43,291 bases of DNA from a virus (lineage: Duplodnaviria > Caudoviricetes), in IMG/VR virus record IMGVR_UViG_3300043447_000532, positions 1-43,291 of that record. One strand, given 5' to 3'. The translations under genes were made by a program, and so were the position numbers. Below, in pieces: positions 26,931 through 37,329 of the stretch (positions are counted from its first letter, which is position 1; each line of letters opens with the position of its first letter). The notes beneath the pieces are model-generated. The model was not told the DNA's origin. It worked only from the letters and a program-made list of their open reading frames with translations, and did not search any database.

Positions 26931-27431
26931 ATGAACGCAGCAATCGCCCAGAAACTAAATATTCTAGAGTCCGCAATCCTAGAGATTCAGGAATGGGCGC
27001 ACGTTCTGCTAGTCCGGTTTGTTGGTGGTTGTCGGTTTGTAAGTAAGAAGGTAGTCAAGATGCCAGAGATCGATAAATCAAAGTCGCTAATCCATCCCGC
27101 CTCAAAACTGCCTCAAGCGCAGTACGACCATAAAAAAATACAAAAAGGCATTATTAAAGAAATTTCAGAAATAACAACCGATTTACATGGATGGAAAGAG
27201 TTAGCGGAAATTATTTGTACGCAAGTAGTTAGAGAAGATTTTGCCGCAATTAGAGCGGCATACGACAAAAAAGGCAGTCTGCCGCTAGTTTATACAGAAA
27301 ACACAAGCCGATTAGTTACAGAAGCAATGTACTTAATCGATCGATTAGACAAGGACGATACATTAGAGAATATGATGAAAAAAGTTCGACTAGATATCGA
27401 TATGAGAGAAAATCCTGAAGCATATTGCTGA
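26931..27431 (+). CDS. Hypothetical protein
   Basis: 166-aa ORF preceded by an AT-rich promoter-like region. Confidence 0.7.
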   Translation: MNAAIAQKLNILESAILEIQEWAHVLLVRFVGGCRFVSKKVVKMPEIDKSKSLIHPASKLPQAQYDHKKIQKGIIKEISEITTDLHGWKELAEIICTQVVREDFAAIRAAYDKKGSLPLVYTENTSRLVTEAMYLIDRLDKDDTLENMMKKVRLDIDMRENPEAYC

Positions 27432-27481
27432 TTAAATCAGAAAACAAAGGGAAACAATCAATATCCGGATGACGTTGAGTA

Positions 27482-27808
27482 ATGGCAGGAACTAAAAACA
27501 GTGGTAATAGGACGGGTGAACCCCGAAAGAGTTCGCCCCGTCCTCAGTCCCAACCCCGAAAGAGCGGGCAAGCATTTAGCACCCGCCATCTAGACGATCG
27601 AGGGCTATTCGATCGATCTGCACTCTCCAAATCTGATACGGTTAACAAGGGGTTAGAGGCGATCGAACTCCTCAGTTTATGTGCCAGCAATGGCGACGAG
27701 CGAGCGATCGAGTATCTAGCCTCGATCGGGTTGCAGGTTATCGAGGAACGGGTCGAGCCGATTGTCGTTCTCAAGCCCGATGGAGAGGTAGCGGCGTGGA
27801 TTTGTTGA
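27482..27808 (+). CDS. Hypothetical protein with basic N-terminus, possibly DNA-binding
   Basis: MAGTKNSGNRTGEPRK start; co-oriented with the upstream gene. Confidence 0.6.
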   Translation: MAGTKNSGNRTGEPRKSSPRPQSQPRKSGQAFSTRHLDDRGLFDRSALSKSDTVNKGLEAIELLSLCASNGDERAIEYLASIGLQVIEERVEPIVVLKPDGEVAAWIC

Positions 27809-27819
27809 GTCCGATATAT

Positions 27820-28167
27820 CTAACTAACCTCAATCCCGCCATCAATACTCCACGCTTTTGATGCCCGCACACTCCAGATGCGGGCATCATCTTTTAATAG
27901 CGCATCCATGAAGCCTTTTAATAAATTGTCGATATCCGGCTTGGATTGACATGGCAAACCATTCATTCGATCGCGTTTCTTCTTACTCCAGGATGCGGGC
28001 ATGGGCATGTAAAACACGATATCGATCGCGTCCGGTACTTCCCGATCTCCCCAGGCTGCGCGCAGGGCATCGCAATAGGATCGGTACCTCATTACGCAAT
28101 CTCTCTGATTCCACTTATCCGATCGAGTCATCCGTGGTTTTGCTACTGGTATTATCTCTATCCGCAT
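27820..28167 (-). CDS. rusA: RusA-family Holliday junction resolvase
   Basis: PVAKPRMT, F.MP.P.SWSKKK, KPDIDNLLKGFMDAL..DD..I. Confidence 0.9.
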   Translation of the reverse strand: MRIEIIPVAKPRMTRSDKWNQRDCVMRYRSYCDALRAAWGDREVPDAIDIVFYMPMPASWSKKKRDRMNGLPCQSKPDIDNLLKGFMDALLKDDARIWSVRASKAWSIDGGIEVS

Positions 28168-28313
28168 TTATGCTTAAGTAATGTTGCGTAGATAGATGCA
28201 CGTAAGTAATTACTCGTAGCTGTGACCTGCATCACATACCCTTTTTTTTGTTCTGGATGTGACGGAAATCACAGACGATATCACCATCGAAAATGCCCAG
28301 AGATTTTTTACCC

Positions 28314-28556
28314 TCAAAATCTCGATTTGAGTTTATAAAAAAATCTTGGACTCCCATCCGTCAATCTCCCCTTGCGAATCTTTTTAACCAATCCTTGTAG
28401 TTCCATCCAATGCAGGTGAAGAAATGTATTCTTATGGTTTTTTTGCCCGACCGCATCACTGAATTTTTGCAATGGATAATCATACGACCATTCATAATCG
28501 ACTAACACTGTTTTTATTTTTTCGACTAGCTCGAAATCGATCCTGCGTCTATCCAT
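28314..28556 (-). CDS. Small winged-helix-like protein
   Basis: LQKFSDAVG......FLHLHWMELQGLVKK pattern. Confidence 0.5.
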   Translation of the reverse strand: MDRRRIDFELVEKIKTVLVDYEWSYDYPLQKFSDAVGQKNHKNTFLHLHWMELQGLVKKIRKGRLTDGSPRFFYKLKSRF

Positions 28557-28620
28557 ATGTCTAATGATGATAAGGTTTGCTATAATTTTAAGATATAAGT
28601 AGTTATACTCAAACCGCCAT

Positions 28621-29160
28621 ATGGCTTTTAATAGCGGCTCATCCGATTACAGTCCTGGCGCAATCGATCGCGAGAATATCGATCGATTGCGGAATCGGCG
28701 TAGTTTTGCCGACTATCAGAAATGGAGCGATGCAGCGGCGGCGGCGAGCGAGAGAGCTGCCGACAATCAAGCAACTAGAACGAATTTAGCGGCTAAATCT
28801 GCGGCGAATTTAACCAATGAAATGGCGGATCGAGATCTCGCCCGCAGCTTGCAATCTAAAATGCTCGATGCGGGAGTGAAATCGGGAATGCCGGATGACA
28901 AAGCGGCAGATCGAGCGGCGATTGCTACTGAAGGTGATAAAAATCGTGCTCAAGGATCGTTCTTACAGAGAGCTGGATTGGCGGCTGGTAATGCCAATGC
29001 GAATAGCAATATCGAATCGAATGAGAAAATTGCTAGATTATCTCAACAGACGCAAATGGCGGAATCAAAAGCGGCGACGGAGCGGGCATCAATTGCGGCT
29101 AGAGCGCAAATCTCATCGGCAATATTAGGCAACAATCAGCAATTTGGAGGGTATTGGTAG
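28621..29160 (+). CDS. Ala/Gln-rich helical protein, candidate internal virion (ejection) protein
   Basis: Low-complexity composition; operator variant upstream at 28593-28608. Confidence 0.5.
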   Translation: MAFNSGSSDYSPGAIDRENIDRLRNRRSFADYQKWSDAAAAASERAADNQATRTNLAAKSAANLTNEMADRDLARSLQSKMLDAGVKSGMPDDKAADRAAIATEGDKNRAQGSFLQRAGLAAGNANANSNIESNEKIARLSQQTQMAESKAATERASIAARAQISSAILGNNQQFGGYW

Positions 29161-29161
29161 T

Positions 29162-29668
29162 ATGGCTTTTGGATTTAGTCCTGGCATGATGCGCGGAGAG
29201 GTATCTTTAACCGCCGACCAAGCGGAAACAGATAGATTGGGGCGGAATTTAAAAAACCAGCAATTAGAACTAGATGCAAAATCTGCTAAATCGGCTGCCG
29301 ATTTGTCTGATGCCCAAAATGCGGTAGAATTAAGTAATATCGAGTTAGCCAGACGAAAGGCTCAACAGAAGTTAGATAATTTTAATTCTGGTGTAGTTAG
29401 CTCTCGCGATCGAGAACAGGATATGTCCGATTTCGAGCGCAAAAAGCAATCCGGCGATTACGATTTGAGCAATCAAATTAAGGCATGGGGTTCGGCTAAT
29501 CAGTATCGAATGGCTGAAGCCGACCAATCAAATGTAGCTCAAAAAGATCGATTGGGAATGCAATTAGATACTCAAAAATCGATGCAACAAGCCCAAATCG
29601 GACAGGAGAATAGACTCAGACGCGATGATTTTAATCGAGCGGTTGATGGATTTAAGATGAATTTTTAG
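29162..29668 (+). CDS. Gln/Asp-rich coiled-coil protein, candidate ejection protein
   Basis: Start MAFGFSPG follows GGAGG RBS; helical hydrophilic composition. Confidence 0.5.
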   Translation: MAFGFSPGMMRGEVSLTADQAETDRLGRNLKNQQLELDAKSAKSAADLSDAQNAVELSNIELARRKAQQKLDNFNSGVVSSRDREQDMSDFERKKQSGDYDLSNQIKAWGSANQYRMAEADQSNVAQKDRLGMQLDTQKSMQQAQIGQENRLRRDDFNRAVDGFKMNF

Positions 29669-29670
29669 GT

Positions 29671-30246
29671 ATGCCCAAAGCAGCAGCGGGAAGCAATAAA
29701 ATCGAATTAGCATTGGCCGATTGGAGTGCTGACGATCGACAAGACGCGATCGATTTTGCCCTGCATCCCGCCAATGGTGCTACAGCAATCATGCTGTATT
29801 TAAACAAGCGAAATATTAAAGCATCGGTTGATACGGTTCATCGCTGGCAAAAATCTTTAATAGCTGAAAGTGCCAGAGTAAATCGCATCAGGCAGGTCAT
29901 AAACGACTACAAAGGACTAGAATCGAGCGAAATCATTGCTTTTGTTGCTGGCTCGATGGCAGAGGCTTTAATCGGCATTCAGGAGGCTGTAGCACGTTCT
30001 GAAGAGAACATAAGTTACAAAGACATTCAGGCGTTAACTTCGCTCGCAAAAGAGGCTAGATCGTCGGCAATTGCTATGCAGACACCGCATTCTAGCGCAT
30101 CGGCTAAAGAATTAGAATTAGGATATGTGATGTCTGCATTCGATAAATTAGAGGCAATTTTTATCGATGATGAGATTGTTTTAGAGCGAATTAGATTGGC
30201 ATGTAAAGGTATTTTGACCGAGATTGAGGGTAGTTATCAAGGTTGA
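29671..30246 (+). CDS. DUF3486/Mu gp27-like protein, probable terminase small subunit
   Basis: SNKIE.....D.......I..YL....IKAS..TVHRW pattern and all-helical 191 aa; last + strand gene of notable size before terL. Confidence 0.5.
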   Translation: MPKAAAGSNKIELALADWSADDRQDAIDFALHPANGATAIMLYLNKRNIKASVDTVHRWQKSLIAESARVNRIRQVINDYKGLESSEIIAFVAGSMAEALIGIQEAVARSEENISYKDIQALTSLAKEARSSAIAMQTPHSSASAKELELGYVMSAFDKLEAIFIDDEIVLERIRLACKGILTEIEGSYQG

Positions 30247-32366
30247 GTTAACTGCTGGAACAAACCAACACTTTGAGAACTGGTATTCGTATATACCGTT
30301 ACACCTCCCGATCCTGGCAAGGGTCGAGGATGAACTGGGGATATATTATTAGTGGTTGCGACTGGAATTATCCGAGGATTCTCTAGATTGGGATCGGTTA
30401 ACAGATCGAATTCCACTCCTGTCTGAAAAACATAGCAGCGAGTGGAATTGAGCCAATATAGAAAACCTGGATTGCTATTGACGGGCGAATAATATTGATA
30501 CGTAACTAACTCGATAAAGCTGGTTAGTGCAGAACCGAACGAATCGACCGTTTCTGATGGATAGGTGTTTGATGCATCCGACAAGCTAATAGTTCCGCCA
30601 TTATTGGCAGGCATTAGCAACGAAGAGAACGAAACTCTAAACGCCTCGATATCCGCATCGCTTCTTGTTGAGGGATTGGGCGTAGGGTGGTCTGTAGGTG
30701 AGTTTAGATCTTGGTTTGAATTATCGGTAATGACGAGAGGGCTGCCACAAAAGAAATGGATATAGCGGACGTTTATCGCCGCCGCCCAATCCTTAACAAC
30801 CGCCTTTGAGACGATTAAGTCCTCAGTAATTATAGATGGGAAGTCGAAATATTCTCTACTGTAAAAGTTGCCAGCTAGACCGTAGTTAATAAGATAGTTA
30901 GAAGCAATGTTCTCCGTTATTAATGCTTGTTTCCCTGGCAATGATAATTGACCCGTCGCATTGAAATCTGGATAATTGATATCCGTAAAATCCAGTACTG
31001 GGATTGAGGAATTAGAACCCCACACGTTCGCTCTGACGTTCTGCCCGATAGGTCTGCCGAGGTATGGAGATTGTCTGATAACTCTAAAGCAAATCGAGCT
31101 TATATCGGCTGCTGATGGCTTGACGGTAACTAATTCAGAATTTAAATCTCCATCTATCTCGTAAATATCCGAATCATCATCGTCTAGCAGTTTTAATTCG
31201 ATATCTTTATCATCCTGCTCGGATGGATTATCTAATGGCTCGATCGATACATCCACATAACTAGTATTTGCGGGAATCTCAATTATCGGTCTGCCATCAC
31301 CATCGACCGATACGCCACTGACAGTATAAAAAGCTGGCAAAATATCGGTATTTAGTTCGTACAGAATCGATAGCGGTTTATCGTATTGGCGATCGATTGA
31401 AATCCTAAATACAAAGCTCATCCCGCTACCGGATTCCAATTCATCCGCACTACCAGGAGCTAATCCAATCGATACTATTCGGAGATTGGTTAGGCACATA
31501 GAAACGGGATCGCCTGGAGCTAGTACAGTCCATTTCCATGATGCATTTTTAGGCGCGCTAGGCTCAAATTTAAGCACGTTATTGGTAGCGTGCAAACAGA
31601 TTTGAGTGGGACTTTTGCCCGATCCATTAAATAGATCGTACCGATTATTGTTGTAGGTAAAGCTAATCGACGGTAATGGAATTCCCCGTCTATCCAATCT
31701 CCGTAAAACCGGATCTTCCTGCCTGCCTGAATTGTCGGTAACGATGCCAATCTTATCTAGAATCCAGTTGTAGACCGCAAACATCGGATCTTGAGTAGAG
31801 CCGAGCATTTGAAAGACATTAAGCGTCCCTGGTGGATTTTGCCCGATTTGGATTGGTTCTGATGATATAACTACTATCGCGAAATCTAATAGCGGATTGT
31901 TTAAATCGTTGCGACAGGCGTAGGCTTGACCGGATAGAATCGTGAGAATTAGTTTTTTATACTTAACGATTATTTCGTATTCCTTATACGCACTTTCCGG
32001 CGCGATAGTTTGTGATTTTTCTATCGTGTTGTAGGTATATTCGATATCGGACTTAACTGGAATGGTTCTGACGCGATCGGATACTAGCGGTAATTCTGAG
32101 TCGTCTAACTCGTCCGAATTATCGGAAGGATTGTAAATATCCGGATCGAACAACTCATCTATTATCAATTCCCAGCTAATTAACTCTCCGTCGAATCCGG
32201 TAGATTGAGAGTTAGCATTTCTAGGTTGGGAAACTCTAAAACTAACTGTATTCGATTCGGGTAGTTTATCAAACTGGGGAATATTGGGCACATCTTTTTT
32301 AGGCTTGCGATACTTATCCCCTCTGCCGCTCCCGCCTTGATTGTTCCATTTCTTTTGATAGGGCAT
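30237..32366 (-). CDS. Large protein with a central Calx-beta/Ig-like domain (adhesin or tail candidate)
   Basis: VSI.....S.DE......SFVFRISIDR..DKPLSI.YEL...IEIPANTSYVDVSIEPLDN..EQDD..IELKL at about 31120-31480. Confidence 0.6.
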   Translation of the reverse strand: MPYQKKWNNQGGSGRGDKYRKPKKDVPNIPQFDKLPESNTVSFRVSQPRNANSQSTGFDGELISWELIIDELFDPDIYNPSDNSDELDDSELPLVSDRVRTIPVKSDIEYTYNTIEKSQTIAPESAYKEYEIIVKYKKLILTILSGQAYACRNDLNNPLLDFAIVVISSEPIQIGQNPPGTLNVFQMLGSTQDPMFAVYNWILDKIGIVTDNSGRQEDPVLRRLDRRGIPLPSISFTYNNNRYDLFNGSGKSPTQICLHATNNVLKFEPSAPKNASWKWTVLAPGDPVSMCLTNLRIVSIGLAPGSADELESGSGMSFVFRISIDRQYDKPLSILYELNTDILPAFYTVSGVSVDGDGRPIIEIPANTSYVDVSIEPLDNPSEQDDKDIELKLLDDDDSDIYEIDGDLNSELVTVKPSAADISSICFRVIRQSPYLGRPIGQNVRANVWGSNSSIPVLDFTDINYPDFNATGQLSLPGKQALITENIASNYLINYGLAGNFYSREYFDFPSIITEDLIVSKAVVKDWAAAINVRYIHFFCGSPLVITDNSNQDLNSPTDHPTPNPSTRSDADIEAFRVSFSSLLMPANNGGTISLSDASNTYPSETVDSFGSALTSFIELVTYQYYSPVNSNPGFLYWLNSTRCYVFQTGVEFDLLTDPNLENPRIIPVATTNNISPVHPRPLPGSGGVTVYTNTSSQSVGLFQQLTQP

Positions 32367-32419
32367 CGACTATTTGCACTAAAATAAAGATGAGCGATAT
32401 CATTAACTAGATCGTCAAT

Positions 32420-32626
32420 ATGATAACACAGCGATTCGATCTACCGTTGGAAACGATAAAGACTTTATTCCCTGCTTTTTGTAATGGGTATGGATGGTTG
32501 AGTATTGAAGAATTGAATCTAATCGATCCGAATGCTGATAGGTTTATTATCGTTGAGATGGCTAATTTTATCGACAATAGTATATTTGTAAATGTGGTAC
32601 CAGATATTCGCCCGATAATATTATGA
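32420..32626 (+). CDS. Hypothetical protein
   Basis: 68 aa; ATGA overlap with terL. Confidence 0.55.
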   Translation: MITQRFDLPLETIKTLFPAFCNGYGWLSIEELNLIDPNADRFIIVEMANFIDNSIFVNVVPDIRPIIL

Positions 32627-34164
32627 GCGTACGATCGAGTAAGGCGACGGCTAAATATTTCAAGCAAAAAGCATCGGATAGCAAGCGAGCTGTTATCAGT
32701 CACGATGCGCTAGAATGCCGCAAGGATTTTATTAAATTTAGATCCTATGTGTGCGAACATAAATCCTATCCCCATCATTTAGAGTGGGAAAGGATTTTAA
32801 ATACGGGTAAAAACGATGCAAATTTGAGAGGGATTGCGGGCGATGATACCCTGATTCTCGCCCCTCGTGGCAGCTCCAAATCGACATTCTTACTCGAATG
32901 GGCGGCGTGGTGTATCGGCACCCATGCAATTGCTGGAGTCGCCATTAAAATCCTGTATGTGAGTTATGAGATTACTACCGCCCAGAACAAATCGGAACAG
33001 ATTCAATCGATAATTGCTTCACCTAAATATCGGGAAGTATTCCCCGAAGTTAAACCAGGCGCAAAATGGGCGATCAAGCAATGGAGTATCGATCGCGCTC
33101 ATGCGGGATTATCCACAATCGACGAGCCGTATACACTCGCCTGTACGGGATTGAGAGGGACTGCAACTGGTAAACGATCGCATCTAATCTTACTAGACGA
33201 TCTGATTAAATCGCCCGATGATATCGCCGCGATGGAAGTTAGAGAGAAGATGGCTAGCAATTGGAATAGTTCGATTAGTAAGACGCGATTTAGAGATGGC
33301 GGTAGAGCCGTTTGTTTGGGTACTTTAATGCGGGCGGACGATATTTATAATACCGAATTTACCACTGCCAAGCATTGGCGGAGGGTCATCCAGAAAGGGA
33401 TCGTAATTAATAAGATTACGGGTGAAGAAGAATCTTTTTGCGAGGAGATGGCACCGTTATTAAATCTTCAGAGAGAGCGGGAGTTAGATTTAGAATCGTT
33501 TGAATTCCAGATTCAGAATAATATCGTTCGCATCAAGACTCAATCGATCGATCCTGCCTGGATTATTAAAGGCAGTATTCCAGACAGGCTAGATAAAATT
33601 GTAGTCGGTATCGATTTAAGTTCTGGCACGAAAGAGCGTAACGACTATACGGTGCTATTTGTGATGGGTAGCAAGCGAGATAGTAAGGGAATCAACCGTT
33701 ATTACTGTATCGACTTCTGGCGCGGCAAGGTGATGGGAAATATCGACAAGTTAAACGAGTTTATGAACCTATACGAACAATGGAGCTATTTAACTGAAAA
33801 CTGGGAAGTATGGATCGAGGCGCATAATTACCAGCGTTCGTTAGCTGGTGATTTTAATACCTATATTAAAGGGGAAAAAGGATTAGATAATCTGGTAGTC
33901 GTCCCATTATCTAACCTTGGCGGCGATAAATTAACTCGCCTCAGAGGGCAAACAGGCGTGTTGCAGAATGGGCTAGTAACTTGGAATCGATGGATTAAGT
34001 TTGGCATCCCTATCGACGAGCTAATCAACTTCGGATCGACCGCTCATGATGATTGCGTAGATGCTTTTGTATACGCGCTCAAAGGCTTGAGGGAGAGACT
34101 TCCTTTAGACGCGATCGATCTAGTAGAAACAGGTGGCAGGATGGCAAAATTAACAGCGATTTAA
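32623..34164 (+). CDS. terL: Terminase large subunit
   Basis: Walker A APRGSSKST, TGKRSHLILLDDLIK, coupling motif LGT, nuclease VGIDLS...NDYT, C-terminal AHDDCVDA. Confidence 0.93.
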   Translation: MSVRSSKATAKYFKQKASDSKRAVISHDALECRKDFIKFRSYVCEHKSYPHHLEWERILNTGKNDANLRGIAGDDTLILAPRGSSKSTFLLEWAAWCIGTHAIAGVAIKILYVSYEITTAQNKSEQIQSIIASPKYREVFPEVKPGAKWAIKQWSIDRAHAGLSTIDEPYTLACTGLRGTATGKRSHLILLDDLIKSPDDIAAMEVREKMASNWNSSISKTRFRDGGRAVCLGTLMRADDIYNTEFTTAKHWRRVIQKGIVINKITGEEESFCEEMAPLLNLQRERELDLESFEFQIQNNIVRIKTQSIDPAWIIKGSIPDRLDKIVVGIDLSSGTKERNDYTVLFVMGSKRDSKGINRYYCIDFWRGKVMGNIDKLNEFMNLYEQWSYLTENWEVWIEAHNYQRSLAGDFNTYIKGEKGLDNLVVVPLSNLGGDKLTRLRGQTGVLQNGLVTWNRWIKFGIPIDELINFGSTAHDDCVDAFVYALKGLRERLPLDAIDLVETGGRMAKLTAI

Positions 34165-34188
34165 AATCGCCATAACATGCAATAAGCA

Positions 34189-34482
34189 CTATTTGTTATT
34201 CTTTTTACATTTTTTCTTTAATTTCTTTAGTTCGCTTTCCATTTTGCATTCTAGCTCATCCATATGAGCGTACATATTGCTTACATTAAAATCTACGTGG
34301 TTTACGATGCTTTCAATGCATGACTCAATGCTTTCGTCTAAAGAGTAAGAAAAATTAGTACTTACTATTTTTACTTTTGTTGTTTTCCCTGGCAAGCTGG
34401 GATTATAAATGAGCTGCGATGGAATTGCGCTAGGATAGAAGTCTTCTTGCGATCTGAACGGACTAGGATAACAGACAAGCAT
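34189..34482 (-). CDS. Hypothetical protein
   Basis: 97-aa ORF divergent from the portal gene. Confidence 0.45.
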   Translation of the reverse strand: MLVCYPSPFRSQEDFYPSAIPSQLIYNPSLPGKTTKVKIVSTNFSYSLDESIESCIESIVNHVDFNVSNMYAHMDELECKMESELKKLKKKCKKNNK

Positions 34483-34507
34483 TGTGTTTCTTTTTTTTGA
34501 ATGTATG

Positions 34508-34523
34508 GTGTAAGTTCTTACAC
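34508..34523. promoter_or_regulatory. Operator-like palindrome GTGTAAGTTCTTACAC
   Basis: Symmetric double variant of the consensus, extended by TATG/CATA; upstream of the portal. Confidence 0.75.
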
Positions 34524-34561
34524 CATAACAGTTATATTAGAAATAGTATTCGGCCAAACTA

Positions 34562-36478
34562 ATGAGTGTTATCGACAATCTAATCGACGCGCAGCTATCT
34601 AGAAATGGCAGTACGAATGCAAAAGGGACGATAATCCCCTTGCATTGCGCTCAGATGCGGGAATACGGATCTAGGGGCGGGCGAATCCAGTTTGATTGCC
34701 CGCAAGACGATGAGATAAATAGTCGCGGTAATGCGATTGCCGATTGGTACGATTCAAACGATCTAGGATCGAAAATGGATTACATTTTCGATGTATTTGT
34801 CTGTCGCGGCGAGATATTATGGCTGACGTTACCGCTAGAAGATAATAAGTATTGGATCGAATTCTTTCAAGGCGGAACGAGCCACAAGCATCCGCAATTT
34901 AAGCTTTACTATAAAAGAGGCGGACGGGAAATCGAAGCGGCGACGATTCGATATAGCTATGAAAAAGATGACAGCGAAATCGGATCTGTTAACGGTTATG
35001 GATTGCCATCGCCAGGATTTGCCCATGTCGATGGGGAGCAGAAAACATTGGGCTGGGTAAAATTAATAATTACAGCCGATACGATTGTTGCGATCGATTG
35101 TAATAGCGAGCCAGACTTGCGGCGCGAATATCGAGGGTATGAAAATAACAATGTTGTCGTATCGGCTAACCCGTTTGCGCCCATCTTGCCCGTATCTCTA
35201 GCGGTAAACAACCCCCAGCAAACTGGCAAACAGGGAACGGGAGATTTTCACGTATTCGCCCATTTAATCGAGCAGCATGAGGCGAGACTGGGGTGGGTAG
35301 ACACCAACCTATCGACATTTGGCAATCCCACCCTAGTCACCACCAGATCGCCGCAAGAGGTGGCGGAAGTGACTACCGATATCACCACCAATACATGGGC
35401 GGCAAATCAGGGATTTAAGGATAACGTCGGCGATGGTTTAGGTGTCCCATCCGATAAATCTCTAACAGGAAGATCGGCAAGTAACAAGCGAGTCAAAAAA
35501 ATAGTCGGCAACGTCCAGCCGGACGAACGATTTGGATATATTCAAGTCGATCCGATTAGTGCGGATTTGACTAATTATATTCGGAACGATCGCGAGCTAA
35601 TCCATTGGTGCTTAGGCGGAGTCGATCCGATCGGTATCAGCACGAGCGCAACATTTGGCGAGATTAAAACTCTATTCGGACGAGTACAGAATACAGCCGA
35701 TAAAAAGGCTAACTCGTTATTTAAGGCATTAGGTAAACTGTTCTCGATAATGGTTGCAAATGAGGAGCAGAAATTTAAAGCCAATCTAATCGTGGCGATC
35801 GCTAACTCTAAGTTAGCATCTCAAATTCCCAATCTCGAATCCCTATCCGATGAATCCGCTCAGCAAATTTATCAGCTATGGCGGACGGGGCAATTAGATA
35901 AATATCAGATTCGATTCGATACTAAAATCGGACTGCCGCCAATGGGGGATCGGCGAGTAGTTTGGAGGCATACCAGAGAGGTATATAAACCCTCAACCCG
36001 CGATTTATTAGATCTATCTATCGTCGGCCGAAACTTGCGAGAGGATGGATTGAATCAAGAATTTACGATGGGTAGATTGTATCCCGAACTATCGCCTAAA
36101 GAAATTCAAGCGGCAACGTCTGGATTCAGCCCTAGAGTTATCGAGAATCAGATGAAAGGTATCATTTCTCTGTTACAATTTTATCAGCAGGCAATGGCAA
36201 TTTCTGGCACACAAGATCCGAATATTCCGTTAGGATTAGAGTTAGGGATTAATGAATTAATTGCCAGCGCGATTGAATCTTTACGTAAAGAATTAAATTA
36301 TGGTAAGCCAAATTACACCGCAGCAGACGCTAGCACCACCCCAGCCAATTTATCAGCCAACATATCAGAATTACTCGCCCGAATTAACAGCAGCTCTAGC
36401 AGTCCTGGAGCGAGCTTATCAGCAGCAGAATCAACAACAAGCATCGCCGCAAACATCCCCATCGCAGGTACGAACTAG
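34562..36478 (+). CDS. Probable portal protein
   Basis: 638 aa between terL and scaffold/capsid; motifs NL..FGNPTL, DPIS.D, LGGVD..GIS..ATFGEIKTLFGRV..TA.KK. Confidence 0.7.
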   Translation: MSVIDNLIDAQLSRNGSTNAKGTIIPLHCAQMREYGSRGGRIQFDCPQDDEINSRGNAIADWYDSNDLGSKMDYIFDVFVCRGEILWLTLPLEDNKYWIEFFQGGTSHKHPQFKLYYKRGGREIEAATIRYSYEKDDSEIGSVNGYGLPSPGFAHVDGEQKTLGWVKLIITADTIVAIDCNSEPDLRREYRGYENNNVVVSANPFAPILPVSLAVNNPQQTGKQGTGDFHVFAHLIEQHEARLGWVDTNLSTFGNPTLVTTRSPQEVAEVTTDITTNTWAANQGFKDNVGDGLGVPSDKSLTGRSASNKRVKKIVGNVQPDERFGYIQVDPISADLTNYIRNDRELIHWCLGGVDPIGISTSATFGEIKTLFGRVQNTADKKANSLFKALGKLFSIMVANEEQKFKANLIVAIANSKLASQIPNLESLSDESAQQIYQLWRTGQLDKYQIRFDTKIGLPPMGDRRVVWRHTREVYKPSTRDLLDLSIVGRNLREDGLNQEFTMGRLYPELSPKEIQAATSGFSPRVIENQMKGIISLLQFYQQAMAISGTQDPNIPLGLELGINELIASAIESLRKELNYGKPNYTAADASTTPANLSANISELLARINSSSSSPGASLSAAESTTSIAANIPIAGTN

Positions 36479-37232
36479 CCAACAAACGGCTGGCGGATAT
36501 GGCGGATCTGGTGCGATGATGGGTAACATCGATCCGGCTGTATTGCTAGCACAATGGCAGGCGTTACAGGCTCAAAACTTACCCCAAACTGCCGTCCCTA
36601 TTGTTAACAATCCCATCAATCCGGTATTACAACAGTACCAACAAGCAGCGGGATTAACTCAACAAGTAGCGCAGCAGACGACTGTTAGTGGTGAGTTTTT
36701 AACTCAACCCCAGATCGATGCGTTAACTAACTTCATTCAGTCGGCTAACAATCTATCTGTTGCAGCTGAAAATTATGTTAGTTTCCTAGAATCCGAATAT
36801 TCCAAACTTCGGGACTTTAGCAATAAGCAGCATAATTTAATCGAACGATTCTTACACGATCGAGAATTTACGCTCGAATATATTCGCGGCGCATGGGTTA
36901 TGGAATCGATCGATAACGAGTTGGCGAATGCAATTGCTACGGTTTATATGGAAATAGACAGACTATTTCCCCGTAACCAGCAACAACAGCCACCAATCCA
37001 AAATCCCGCATATACAGGCGGTAACGTGCGGATGGATGCTCAAATCGTCGATACCGCAGCACCGACACCATACGTAAGCATTCCAGCATTGCCGAACGGT
37101 AACGCATCTGTAGATCCTGGCTCGATTACAGTCGAGCAGTATTTCGCAGCTCGCAACAACGGGAACATGCGCGAAGCAGTACTAGCAGCCTATCGAGATC
37201 CAACCGCTCTATATGCGGCGATGTATCGATAG
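36300..37232 (+). CDS. Probable capsid scaffolding protein
   Basis: Q/P-rich protein with central helical region, between portal and capsid genes. Confidence 0.55.
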   Translation: MVSQITPQQTLAPPQPIYQPTYQNYSPELTAALAVLERAYQQQNQQQASPQTSPSQVRTSQQTAGGYGGSGAMMGNIDPAVLLAQWQALQAQNLPQTAVPIVNNPINPVLQQYQQAAGLTQQVAQQTTVSGEFLTQPQIDALTNFIQSANNLSVAAENYVSFLESEYSKLRDFSNKQHNLIERFLHDREFTLEYIRGAWVMESIDNELANAIATVYMEIDRLFPRNQQQQPPIQNPAYTGGNVRMDAQIVDTAAPTPYVSIPALPNGNASVDPGSITVEQYFAARNNGNMREAVLAAYRDPTALYAAMYR

Positions 37233-37329
37233 CAGTAAATAGGGTTTACGTTGCGATAGTTATTGGGTAACTAGTTAGGATTTCGCAATTGACGGATTTT
37301 GAGTACAACTACTTATACAGGAGAAAGTC

